Source: Candidatus Undinarchaeales archaeon (lineage in GTDB: Archaea; SpSt-1190; JASMDC01). Taken from it: a stretch of DNA of 64,000 bases. Made by a program: the position numbers and the translations under genes. The stretch covers positions 12,769-76,768 of the forward strand of contig JASMDC010000015.1 in the NCBI GenBank assembly GCA_030753015.1, given 5' to 3'. Of the stretch, positions 29,245-38,544 are shown piece after piece; positions within the stretch are counted from its first letter, which is position 1, and every line of letters begins with the position of its first letter. The notes under the pieces are model-generated. The model was not told the origin of the DNA, searched no databases, and worked only from the letters and a program-made list of their open reading frames with translations.

Positions 29245-31392
29245 ATGGGCTTCGAAAAGCTGAAGAAGCGTGCCAAGGACTGGATGAGGGACCTGCCGAC
29301 ACGGCCGTCGGCCTCGGTCACTCCCAAGACCGAGGAGGGTATGATCCTCGACCGTTTGCGCAAGACCTTCGAGACGGGCGTCGTCAACGCCGAAATAGGT
29401 ATGTTCCGGTGGACCGGAAAGGGTCCGGAGGACACCAAGGCAGAGGACGTTCCCATCTGGCAGCGCCAGCAGGTACGCGAGATCGTGGAGGAGATGGGTG
29501 GCGAGTCCACCGTCCACGCCGGTCTGTCGGTCGACCTCACCTGGCCCACGCCCAACAAACGCATGCAGTCGATCCGGGAGCTGAAACACACCCTACTTTA
29601 TGCCCGTGACATCAAGGCCAACGTGGTCACCGTCCACCCCACTACCATGCAGGGCGGTAATGCCTTCTTCGACACCGTTCTCTTCACGCCCGAGACACGC
29701 GCGCCATGGTACGGCGGCGGCGAGGCGGAGATGTCGCAGCGCAACGAGACCGCCGAACAGGTGGGCTGGTACACACCGCAGTACTTCAAGCGCATGGAAG
29801 CATGGCGCAAGGCGCACATGCGCCGCACCCTGGAGCAGGCCTTCGGCAAGGGGGCCGCAGAGGTCGATGCCGCTATCTACTCGACGGGCATCGAGCTGTA
29901 CATGAAGTTCCTGCAGGGTATGACCCAGCTCTTCGGGTTCTACAAAGAGGCCAAGGAGAACCATCTCCCCATGGCCATCGCCCAGGAGCACTTCAACAAT
30001 TTCGTTCACATGTCGGCCAAGATCGCCGAGAATCCCCAGCTCTCCGAGGAGGAGAAGAAGGCTGAGATCACGGCGCTGGCCAAGGCAGGGTTCCGTTCCG
30101 CCCTGTCGGACAGGGGACCCTACCAGGACGCCTCGCCAGCACACGTGCGACCCTACGCGGAACGGGCGTTCGCGCCCTTCCTCAGTGGCGGGGCGGGCGG
30201 CGGCGCAGGCGGCGGCGGCCCCGGTGCTGATAACAACGTCGTCGACGCCGTGGGCAAGCAGCTGGCCTCCGTCAAGGAGCAGATCGCCGCCGATCAGGGC
30301 GTGGACGCGGACCAGCTCCACCTCACCCCCGAACTCGTCGAGGAATACCTTCTCAAGGACGGCAAGACCGGGCTCAAGCACCTGCGCGAGCAGGCGAACA
30401 AGTGGAACCCCGGCCTGCGAGGGTTCGACGCACGGTACAAGCCTATTACCGAAAAGACCTTCCTCACCACGCTCACCAAGTCGTTCGAGATCCTGCTGGA
30501 CGACGAGGACATCAAGTCCGTGCTCAATGAGGGCGAGACCAAGATCGGCCTCGAGAACATGGAGATGACGAACCTCGCCACCGGCGTTCTGGGCTCACCG
30601 TACTTCTCCCAGCCCATCCACTTCAAGAAGGCGCTGAAGCAGATATGGGCGATCGCCAAGCGCAAGGGCATCAAGAACCCGGAGAAGGTCATCGGGATGA
30701 CCTACGACATCCTCCACGCCTCCACCGGGAAGGACCCCCTCAAGTTCATGGAAGAGCTGCAGAAGCCGGAGATAGACCCCGAGACCGGGGAGAAGCTCCC
30801 CGGCGTGCCTCTCTTCAACGTCCACGTCTCGGGTGGCCCGATCAACGCCTACGGCGGGACTGCCCACCAGCACGTGGCCATGGGTTCGCGGGGCGATGCC
30901 ATCACCCAGAAGCACCCCGGCCTCATGGACGACATCAAGAAGAAGCTCAAGGAGGCCAAGAGCAAGGGTCTCATCGAGGACGTGCCGGTCATCACCATCG
31001 AACCCGGAGAGGGCGGTACCGAGGACACCGAGCAGACGCTCGCCAACTGGGTGACCGCGGGGGCCGAGCCCTTCTATGCCAAGTACGGCGCCGAGCTCGG
31101 GGTGGCCAAGGAGTGGGGTTACGACCAGGCCACGGACGAGTACTACAAGGAGAAGGCAGAGCAGCAGAGCCTGAGCGAGTACCCCGGCGAGGGGCTCTAC
31201 ACGGCCATGGACCGTTCCTTCCTCTACCAGGGTGCACGGGCCACCTTCATGGAGACGCTCTACAGCCAGGGCGGTGCCCAGAAGGGTGTCGCGCCCGGTA
31301 TGTGGGCAGGCGGAATGAGCCACCGTGACGTCGCCCAGCTACCCAAGCCCTGGGCGGAGCGCTTCTACTTCTCGGGCCAGGGGAACGAGTAA
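29245..31392 (+). CDS. Large xylose-isomerase/AP-endonuclease-2-like TIM-barrel protein with a long insertion
   Basis: TVHA, VTVHP, GLENM, MTYDILH, NVHVS, HQH and TIE motifs in the canonical order. Confidence 0.72.
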   Translation: MGFEKLKKRAKDWMRDLPTRPSASVTPKTEEGMILDRLRKTFETGVVNAEIGMFRWTGKGPEDTKAEDVPIWQRQQVREIVEEMGGESTVHAGLSVDLTWPTPNKRMQSIRELKHTLLYARDIKANVVTVHPTTMQGGNAFFDTVLFTPETRAPWYGGGEAEMSQRNETAEQVGWYTPQYFKRMEAWRKAHMRRTLEQAFGKGAAEVDAAIYSTGIELYMKFLQGMTQLFGFYKEAKENHLPMAIAQEHFNNFVHMSAKIAENPQLSEEEKKAEITALAKAGFRSALSDRGPYQDASPAHVRPYAERAFAPFLSGGAGGGAGGGGPGADNNVVDAVGKQLASVKEQIAADQGVDADQLHLTPELVEEYLLKDGKTGLKHLREQANKWNPGLRGFDARYKPITEKTFLTTLTKSFEILLDDEDIKSVLNEGETKIGLENMEMTNLATGVLGSPYFSQPIHFKKALKQIWAIAKRKGIKNPEKVIGMTYDILHASTGKDPLKFMEELQKPEIDPETGEKLPGVPLFNVHVSGGPINAYGGTAHQHVAMGSRGDAITQKHPGLMDDIKKKLKEAKSKGLIEDVPVITIEPGEGGTEDTEQTLANWVTAGAEPFYAKYGAELGVAKEWGYDQATDEYYKEKAEQQSLSEYPGEGLYTAMDRSFLYQGARATFMETLYSQGGAQKGVAPGMWAGGMSHRDVAQLPKPWAERFYFSGQGNE

Positions 31393-31454
31393 ACGGCGGC
31401 CTGCGCCAAACATTTTATAAAGGAAGAGCAGGTATCTTTCGATGGGTTAGAGCT

Positions 31455-33599
31455 GTGTCTCCTGATAATGCTGTCGAGGGAAGAATCACGTCCATCGAGG
31501 AGAAGATGCGCACCTTCTCCAAGGCCATGCAGGCCATCGAGGCATTCTCCAACCAGCAGCGGCAGGTCCTCCTCAAGGCGCTGAGCGAAGGGGACAAGAC
31601 CTCCGCTCTCGTGGAGCGTCTCAACACCCTCGAGGGCCGGTTCGTCAGGATCGAGCAGGAGGGGCTCAAGTCCACGGAGGACTATCTGGCCGTCGAGGAG
31701 CGGATGGGCCGCTCGTCCCAGGAGAACGAGGGCGCCATCAAGGCCATCTCCGACGAGCTGCGGTCCCTGCGCGAATCGCTGGAGATCGAGATATACAAGT
31801 CGTCGGCCAAGGTCGAGAAGAAGGTCGTCACACGCCTCGAACCCATCGAGAAGGGGCAGGAGTCCATCACAGCGGTGCGCGACCGCATCACCCTGCTGGA
31901 GAAGCTGGTCAACAACCAGCTTACGCCCATCTCAGGCCGCATCGACACCGTCCAGCAAGGACTGGAGGAGCGGTTCAACAGCATCCAGGAGACCATGAAC
32001 GAGAAGCTGGGCCGGCTCGAGGAGATCACCGGATCCATCAAGGACTTCGTCCCCGAGGCCATCACCCACTCTCAAAGCTCGATCGAGGAACGGATCGATG
32101 CCCGCATCGGTGCACGGATGGAAGCGCTCGAGAATCGTGCTGCCTCGTTCAGTGACATCACCAAGCGCATGGACACGCTCGAGGATAGCCTGAACAAGCA
32201 GGTGTCGCCGCTCCGCGACGACGTGGCCATGATCAAGGAGAAGGTCACGCTCGAGGTCGACAAGACCATCTCACGCGTGGAATCACGTGTGGACGGCAAG
32301 CTCGATCCTCTGTCGACCTGGGTCAGCGGCCTGAACAAGAAGGTCGAGAGCGTGGAGAAGAAGCTCCAGTCGACGCCCGACCTCGAAGCCCGCCTCACCC
32401 GTCTGGAGGGGCTCGTGGAGAGCCAGATCGCACCATTGGGCGAGAAGCTCTCGGCGCTTGAGACCACCCTCGGTGTGGACGTGGACGACTCCGTCAACCG
32501 CCTCGAAGAGCGGGTGGACGCGCGGATGAGCGCTGCTGAGAACCGCCTTGGCGAGCGGCTCGGCACCATCAACACCATCATGGACGACCGGTTCTCCGGC
32601 GTCGACACCAAGCTCAACGGTCTGGACGAGACGACACGGACCAGCGAGGTGCTCGTCGAGCGCGTATCGCGCATCGAGGACCAGCTGGGCGATTCCACCA
32701 AGGTGCTGACCGACCGGGTAAACTCCGTCGAGGTGCTCACCAAGTCGAACCAGGTGGAGGCCATCAACCGGATCGAGGACGTCAAGAACGACGGGATAGG
32801 CCCCATGACCAAGGACCTCAAGCGGGTCAAGGAGTTCATGGCCAAGGCCGCGACCAGCGTGGAGACGGCCGCCATACGCGAGGACATGAACGAGCACGGC
32901 ACCCAGATCAGGGACCTCATCGCCATCTCCTCCAAGCTCCTGGACCAGTTCAAGGGCCTCAACACCATACCTCCCAGGATCACCAAGCTCGAGCTCAAGG
33001 TCGAGAACCTCGATCCCCTACGCACCGACTTCCAGAACGTGGTCACCATGACCCGGAAGGTCGGCCGGCTCGTCACCGGCGTGGAGAGCCGCATCTCGAA
33101 GAACGAGCGGGAGCTCAAGCGGTTCGACCGCACCGAGGATGCGCTGACCACCCTCACCAAGGCGCTGGGCGACGTCACCAAGATAGCCAGCCGCAACGAG
33201 CTGGAGCTCGGCTCGCTGCGCGCACGCGAGGTCCCCAAGACCATCGACGAGCACGAGAAGCGTATCGACGACCTGTTCCGGCTGCAGCAGAAGGTGCTCT
33301 ACACCAGCGAGGACCTGGCCAAGAAGGTCGGCGTGTTCCAGAAGACGCTGGGCACCGGTACCGACCTCATGGACGAGGTCGTCCACAAGGTGGAGCGGCG
33401 CCTCGAAGTGTTCGAGAAGGAGATGCGCGTGGTCAAGACCGAGAACGAGAGCATCCGGCTCTCCATGGGCGACGCCATCTCGGCCGCAGCCGACCTCGAG
33501 GACGTCAAGAAGGACGTCATCCGCCTGCGTGTCCGCCAGAAGAAGCTCGGAGAGACGCTGAAGTCCATGAAGGACAGGGTCTCGATGGTCATCGCGTAG
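31455..33599 (+). CDS. Long coiled-coil protein
   Basis: 714 aa of heptad-like E/K/R/L periodicity; no TM segment or Walker motif. Confidence 0.8.
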   Translation: MSPDNAVEGRITSIEEKMRTFSKAMQAIEAFSNQQRQVLLKALSEGDKTSALVERLNTLEGRFVRIEQEGLKSTEDYLAVEERMGRSSQENEGAIKAISDELRSLRESLEIEIYKSSAKVEKKVVTRLEPIEKGQESITAVRDRITLLEKLVNNQLTPISGRIDTVQQGLEERFNSIQETMNEKLGRLEEITGSIKDFVPEAITHSQSSIEERIDARIGARMEALENRAASFSDITKRMDTLEDSLNKQVSPLRDDVAMIKEKVTLEVDKTISRVESRVDGKLDPLSTWVSGLNKKVESVEKKLQSTPDLEARLTRLEGLVESQIAPLGEKLSALETTLGVDVDDSVNRLEERVDARMSAAENRLGERLGTINTIMDDRFSGVDTKLNGLDETTRTSEVLVERVSRIEDQLGDSTKVLTDRVNSVEVLTKSNQVEAINRIEDVKNDGIGPMTKDLKRVKEFMAKAATSVETAAIREDMNEHGTQIRDLIAISSKLLDQFKGLNTIPPRITKLELKVENLDPLRTDFQNVVTMTRKVGRLVTGVESRISKNERELKRFDRTEDALTTLTKALGDVTKIASRNELELGSLRAREVPKTIDEHEKRIDDLFRLQQKVLYTSEDLAKKVGVFQKTLGTGTDLMDEVVHKVERRLEVFEKEMRVVKTENESIRLSMGDAISAAADLEDVKKDVIRLRVRQKKLGETLKSMKDRVSMVIA

Positions 33600-33741
33600 A
33601 CCGGACGCGGACGGTCGGAGCTGCAGTGGGACTTATTGGTCAGCGGGAGCGTTCCGGGGATGGCGAAGTTCTGTCCGGAGCCAGGAACACTTGTGTTATA
33701 CGAAAGCCTACAGATTCAGTCCTTCTTCTTGATCCTCCCTT

Positions 33742-33770
33742 GTCTGTTGAGAATCGCTGAGCGAGGCCGC
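33742..33770 (+). repeat. Repeat family B, copy 1
   Basis: GTCTGTTGAGAATCGCTGAGCGAGGCCGC. Confidence 0.7.
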
Positions 33771-34003
33771 CGATCCGGTTATGTGGGATCCCGGCCTACG
33801 CCGAATTCAAAGTCTTTTCCATTCTAATCATTATTACTTCTGTACCCTCAACATTTTGCTTGATTTTCTTGACTTTTCGATATCCCGATTTTATATAGAA
33901 TTCTTCAGCCGTTATACTTGAAAGAACGAATAATAGTCTCTTGTTCTTTTCCCTCGCAATTTGTTCAATGTTGTTGATTAATTTCGTACCTATCCCTTTG
34001 CCA

Positions 34004-35729
34004 CCCGCTCTTGACAGTTCGTTCTTGAAACCCTCGTTTTGATAAGCAAAGAAGCGACTTCCATCCCAACGATCTCCATGTCTAAGGGAAGAGGTAAGTC
34101 ATCCGGCACAGAAGTCGAGTACGGCAGCGTCCGTGCCTTATGGGAGATCATAGAGCGTACCCGCCTCATCGAGATTCTCAATAACGCCGCCCCCAAGCGC
34201 AACGGCATCCCAGTGGGCGAGCTCACAGTCCTCATGGCCATCAACCGCTGCCTCGATCCCCAGGCCAAATGGACTATCCCCGAGTGGTACGAGCGGACCT
34301 ACCTCCCCGAGCTCCTCGGCATCGATCTCCCTGCGTCGAGCGGCTACCAGACGCTGACGCGTTGCCTTGACTACCTGACCGACCCCGTCCAGGCGGACGT
34401 CGAGATGGCGCTCTGCGGCCGTGTGATGGAGGCCTATCACCTCAAGCCGCGCATGTTCCTGTACGACCTGACCTCGACCTTCGTGGAGGGCGAGGGGGCC
34501 GCCCCGATCCTCCAGTACGGGTACAGCCGTGACCACCGTCCCGACCGCAAGCAGGTCAACTACGCGCTGTGCGTGACTGCGCCCGAGGGCGTTCCCATGT
34601 TCCATGAGGCGTTCCCAGGCAACCAGGTGGACTCCAAGACCGTGAAGGAAACGATGGAGCGCTTTCAGGACCGCCACGGCCTCGACGGGTGCCTTGTAGT
34701 GGACCGTGGGATCGTCACCTACAAGAACGTCGAGGAGATCGTGGACGTTCGCGGTCTCGACCTCGTTGGCGGGATGAGGATGAACAACGGCCTCGCCCGC
34801 CGCGTGCGGGCGGTGCCTCTCGACGACTACGACGAGCCGTTCAAGCGTGGAAAGGAAGTGCTGCAGGCGTACGAGCTGCCGCTGACGATCCGCAAAGTGG
34901 AGCGACGGTGCATCCTCTACTACAGCGCGGAGAAGGCCGGGCGCGACTACAAGACAAGGATGGCCCACCTCGTGAAGGTCGAGGCAGGGATCAAGAAGCT
35001 GGCCGAGTCGCTCCGTAGGAGCGGGCGTGGCCGCAGGCCGACACCCGCGGGGATCGCCGGGAAGATCGACCGGCTCCTTGAGGAGAAGAAGTGCCAGGGG
35101 CTGATCACGTGGCGTTTCGTCGGCGGCCGCGGCGGCCGCCGGCTCAAGTGGGAGCGCGACGAGGCAGCCATACGGGACAGGGAACTGATGGATGGGAAGT
35201 ACGTTCTCATCACCACGCTGGACCTGTCGCCGAAGGAGATCCTCGAGACCTACCGCGGCCGCGACACAGTGGAGCGTGCCTTTCGCATCACGAAACAGTC
35301 CATCCGCATACGGCCCATCTGGAACAGGAAGGAGCAGCACATCAGGGCACACCTCTTCATCTGCTTCCTGGCATACCTGCTCATGAGCCTCCTCAAGCTC
35401 GACCTGAAGGAGGTGGAGGTCGACCTCACTCCCGTGAAGGCGCTCAAGAGGATGGGGTATGTTACGGAATGGGTGCCGCGGACGATCCAGGCCGAGGGGG
35501 GACAGGATGTCCTTGGAAGGCTCATGCAGAAGCGTCGTTAGCCCTCGAGGCTAACACCGGCATCCCCCAATGACAATCGCGAGCGGAAGCTCTCATCATT
35601 ATGCTCGATGATAGGCGATCCAATGGATGATGACATCAATATGGGCACGTTTTGTTGGTGATCGTGAGGGAAAATGAGTAATCGAACTCACCTCAATCAC
35701 GAATCTAATTATGAAATGTCAAGGGCGGG
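34004..35729 (+). mobile_element. Complete IS1634-family element (1726 bp)
   Basis: IRs CCCGCTCTTGACAGTTC / CCCGCCCTTGACATTTC (15/17 identical); TSD TTGCCA at 33998-34003 and 35730-35735. Confidence 0.93.
34078..35541 (+). CDS. IS1634-family DDE transposase
   Basis: LYDLTSTFVEG, YGYSRDHRPDRKQV, VVDRG, VERAFR..K..IRPIW, HLFICFLAY. Confidence 0.93.
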   Translation: MSKGRGKSSGTEVEYGSVRALWEIIERTRLIEILNNAAPKRNGIPVGELTVLMAINRCLDPQAKWTIPEWYERTYLPELLGIDLPASSGYQTLTRCLDYLTDPVQADVEMALCGRVMEAYHLKPRMFLYDLTSTFVEGEGAAPILQYGYSRDHRPDRKQVNYALCVTAPEGVPMFHEAFPGNQVDSKTVKETMERFQDRHGLDGCLVVDRGIVTYKNVEEIVDVRGLDLVGGMRMNNGLARRVRAVPLDDYDEPFKRGKEVLQAYELPLTIRKVERRCILYYSAEKAGRDYKTRMAHLVKVEAGIKKLAESLRRSGRGRRPTPAGIAGKIDRLLEEKKCQGLITWRFVGGRGGRRLKWERDEAAIRDRELMDGKYVLITTLDLSPKEILETYRGRDTVERAFRITKQSIRIRPIWNRKEQHIRAHLFICFLAYLLMSLLKLDLKEVEVDLTPVKALKRMGYVTEWVPRTIQAEGGQDVLGRLMQKRR

Positions 35730-36094
35730 TTGCCATGACGATCGGGTTCGATAAAGAAATTCCTCACTTGATCATCATCTAAACTTATAGTACCAACTAT
35801 TCTTTTATCTATTTCAGCGATTAAGATTAAGGTCTTCTTAGATCTCTCAATTAATACATTTGGGGCATTATGCGGTAGTAATGTATCGATTGCTTCCTTC
35901 GAATAATCCTTGATATTCACCGTTTCTAAATTCTTTGTTATTAGAATACTCAATTCATTCGCATCTTGATCTCTGAATCTGCGAATTATCATCTTTGTTC
36001 CTTGGCATAGTCATGATGTAAATCTTATAGCTTTGGTCGGAACTCCGCGGTCGATATCGTTCCCTGGCCTTCCACCCACATGGCCCCGATCATC

Positions 36095-36144
36095 CTGAAA
36101 TGTGACGATCCTAACGTCGCTCGAGACTCGCTAAGCGGGTCCGC
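36095..36144 (+). repeat. Repeat family B, copy 2
   Basis: ..GTGACGATCCTAACGTCGCTCGAGACTCGCTAAGCGGGTCCGC; aligns ungapped with copy 3 over about 50 bp. Confidence 0.7.
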
Positions 36145-36220
36145 GTATAGTGAATTCTTGCTCGTTACGCGCCCTAACAAGGCGATCTTTTCGAATGACC
36201 GATGGTCATGAAGACTATTC

Positions 36221-36403
36221 ATGTATGTCGGTCTGATCCTGATGCATATAGGAGCGCCGATAATGTTCCAGAGCATGGTCACGCTCCTGTCGTCGGTCAT
36301 ATGGATCCCGATCATTATCTACTGGATGAAGATCGATGAGGCGACGCTGGAAGAGGTCTATGGTAAGGAATATGTCGACTACAAGAACAGAACAATGTTC
36401 TGA
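36221..36403 (+). pseudogene. C-terminal fragment of an ICMT/PEMT-family methyltransferase
   Basis: MYVG.IL..IG..DEATLEEVYGKEYVDYKNRT; the N-terminal part is missing. Confidence 0.7.
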
Positions 36404-36554
36404 TGTGAGAATAAAGAGGTCCGCTTTTTGTTATACGCACTCAGTGCGGCTAAAGACACTAGATCAAGAGCTCCGGCCCTTGTCCCAAATACACCGCTCT
36501 CACACCCCATGGAAAAGAGATTTAAGAAAAAAGGGTAAAGAATAGTCGGGAAAA

Positions 36555-37388
36555 ATGGAGACCGAGGAAATAAAACGGACCGTGAAAGGCCGCTATGGCG
36601 AATGTGCAGAGACCGGTGGCGGGGAAAAGTCCTGTTGCTGTCCAAATGCTGCCCCCACATGTGCGAGCTTTGCTACCGAGCATGGGCTTTATGGGCAGGA
36701 AGAACTCTCCTTGGTCCCGCAAGTCGCTCGTACCCTTTCCAAGGGTTGCGGTAACCCCACCGGTTTCGCCGACCTTCGATCCGACGAAGTGGTCGTGGAC
36801 CTTGGTTGTGGTGCAGGGATCGATATCATTCTTGCTGCTCATAAGATTGGGCCCGGTGGGAAAGTGATCGGAGTGGATTTTTCTGCAAAGATGATCGAGC
36901 GGGCACAGCAGGCAGTGGCCGAGGCGCGCTTGACGGATACCATCGAGTTCCATGTCGCTGACCTGGAACGTCTTGAGCTCCCGGATGTCCTTGCCGATGT
37001 GGTGATGTCGAACTGCGTCATCAATCTCTGCCCCGATAAGGTGGCCGTGTATCGCGAAGCCTTTCGTATCCTGAAATCCGGTGGGCGCATAGCCATCTCC
37101 GATGTCGTCTTTACTGGAACAATAGACCCCAAGGTCCAGGAGCGCTTCCGATCGACCTGGGCAGGATGTCTGGGCGGATCGATCAACGAGGAGGACTATT
37201 TCGAGATCATCCGAAAGGCAGGCTTCAGACAGGTCGAGATCGTGTCCCGTCATCCATTATCTCCGGAGGAACTGGAAGCAATGGCATGTTGTCCGGGGCC
37301 GGAATTCACCCCTGCTCCTGAAAAAGAGGACCTTGCTGTGGCTCGAGGGAAAGTGACGAGCATCAAGTTCACAGCGATAAAGCCCTAG
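36555..37388 (+). CDS. arsM: Arsenite S-adenosylmethyltransferase-like protein
   Basis: SCCC, GCGNP, VDLGCGAGID, SNCVINL, WAGC. Confidence 0.85.
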   Translation: METEEIKRTVKGRYGECAETGGGEKSCCCPNAAPTCASFATEHGLYGQEELSLVPQVARTLSKGCGNPTGFADLRSDEVVVDLGCGAGIDIILAAHKIGPGGKVIGVDFSAKMIERAQQAVAEARLTDTIEFHVADLERLELPDVLADVVMSNCVINLCPDKVAVYREAFRILKSGGRIAISDVVFTGTIDPKVQERFRSTWAGCLGGSINEEDYFEIIRKAGFRQVEIVSRHPLSPEELEAMACCPGPEFTPAPEKEDLAVARGKVTSIKFTAIKP

Positions 37389-37481
37389 ACCGGCCGATCC
37401 AGCCCATCAAGGACGCACCGGCAGCGTTAATCGATCGCACTTCGGACTTCCATCACCCTTCGGCCGATATACGGCCTACGA

Positions 37482-37904
37482 TTACTTGCTGTCCTCGAAC
37501 CCTACATCGATCAGGAATCGGGCGAACTCAGTGTCGACCACCTGGAAATGGTTGATGAGCCAGTTGACCAGGAAGACGTTGATGGAGGTAGCAAGCGCCC
37601 GAGTCGCGCCCTCTTCCTGGAAGTCCTCTATCAAGAGGCCCAGGGTGCGCTTGAACTCGTCGTGCTGCTTCTTGTGGTACGTCATCCCGGGGTAGCCCAG
37701 CTCCTCCATGTGCTTCTCTTCCGTGGAGAAGTGGAAATCGGTGTAGTCGACCATAAAGTCGAGCATCTTCGTGACCTTGCCCGAACCCTGCGTCACCTTA
37801 AGGGCACTTGACAGGTTGTTGAACCGTTGTATGAGCATCTTGTGCTGCTCATCGATCAGTTCTATTCCCACAGAGTAACTGTCGTCCCATGCGATCGTTG
37901 TCAT
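37482..37904 (-). CDS. Bacteriohemerythrin
   Basis: W..SYSVG..IDEQH, HF..EE..M..YP..H..QH..F, WL..H..D. Confidence 0.93.
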   Translation of the reverse strand: MTTIAWDDSYSVGIELIDEQHKMLIQRFNNLSSALKVTQGSGKVTKMLDFMVDYTDFHFSTEEKHMEELGYPGMTYHKKQHDEFKRTLGLLIEDFQEEGATRALATSINVFLVNWLINHFQVVDTEFARFLIDVGFEDSK

Positions 37905-38069
37905 GTCGTATTCCTCCCTAGATGCCTGTCCACAACGAGCCTCCTGACACCCCAAGGTTTTTGTTCCTACCGAATTCCCCTCGGTCAGTTCACTGTCACA
38001 TGACCGCGTACTCGAGCACGGGAGTGCCGCCGACCGCACATGACAGTCGCACTCACGGCACCTGTTCTG

Positions 38070-38119
38070 CTTAGACGTGTCGACCCTGACGTCGTTTGAG
38101 AATCGCTAAGCGGGGCCGC
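38070..38119 (+). repeat. Repeat family B, copy 3
   Basis: ..GTGTCGACCCTGACGTCGTTTGAGAATCGCTAAGCGGGGCCGC. Confidence 0.7.
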
Positions 38120-38223
38120 GATCCGAATTCCTTTGCCGTGAACCGAGATCAAGAACGCTCTTTGAGATCCCCTTCATAAGGTTCAAATATTTGCGTGGGA
38201 TCCTAGTTGAAGAAGGTGGCTAC

Positions 38224-38400
38224 ATGATAAAGATAATCGGTTTTGGCGGTAGCATCCTTCCTGGCTCGAACGATAAGACCCTTTCCGACGCAGAGAAATT
38301 CCTCAATAAGATCGGCCGGGAAAATCTCATCAACATGTCGATCAATTACATCGGCACGACCGGAACGCTCCGCGTCTTCATCACATACAACGAGGAGTAG
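38224..38400 (+). CDS. Small hypothetical protein (58 aa)
   Basis: AGGTGG SD-like sequence upstream; compact beta-alpha-beta pattern. Confidence 0.55.
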   Translation: MIKIIGFGGSILPGSNDKTLSDAEKFLNKIGRENLINMSINYIGTTGTLRVFITYNEE

Positions 38401-38544
38401 CTCAAACGAGCGGGCAGTAACGCTCGAACAGGGGACGGAAGATCCAGGCAGGCTCATGAGAAGAAATAAGTATCCCCGTCACCTGACAGAGGATCCCCCC
38501 ACCTTCCCCTAACCCTTATAAACCCCCCCGAATATCCCGGAGGA

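Larger units (their letters stand above)
33796..35992 (-). pseudogene. GNAT acetyltransferase interrupted by IS1634
   Basis: The N-half (35992-35730, ..EPDRHG) and C-half (34003-33796, GKGIGTKLINNIE..FY.KSGY..MEKTLNSA*) rejoin in frame when the IS and one TSD copy are removed; AT-rich. Confidence 0.92.

Noticed and set aside
31455-33599. SMC/Rad50 or chemoreceptor assignment for the coiled coil
   Set aside because: No Walker A/B, signature, hinge, zinc-hook or MCP hairpin motif
33690-36440. Canonical integron attC sites or intI
   Set aside because: Only isolated GTTATACG/CCTAAC-type half-sites are present; I could not build paired R''-L''-L'-R' hairpins and no tyrosine recombinase ORF is present
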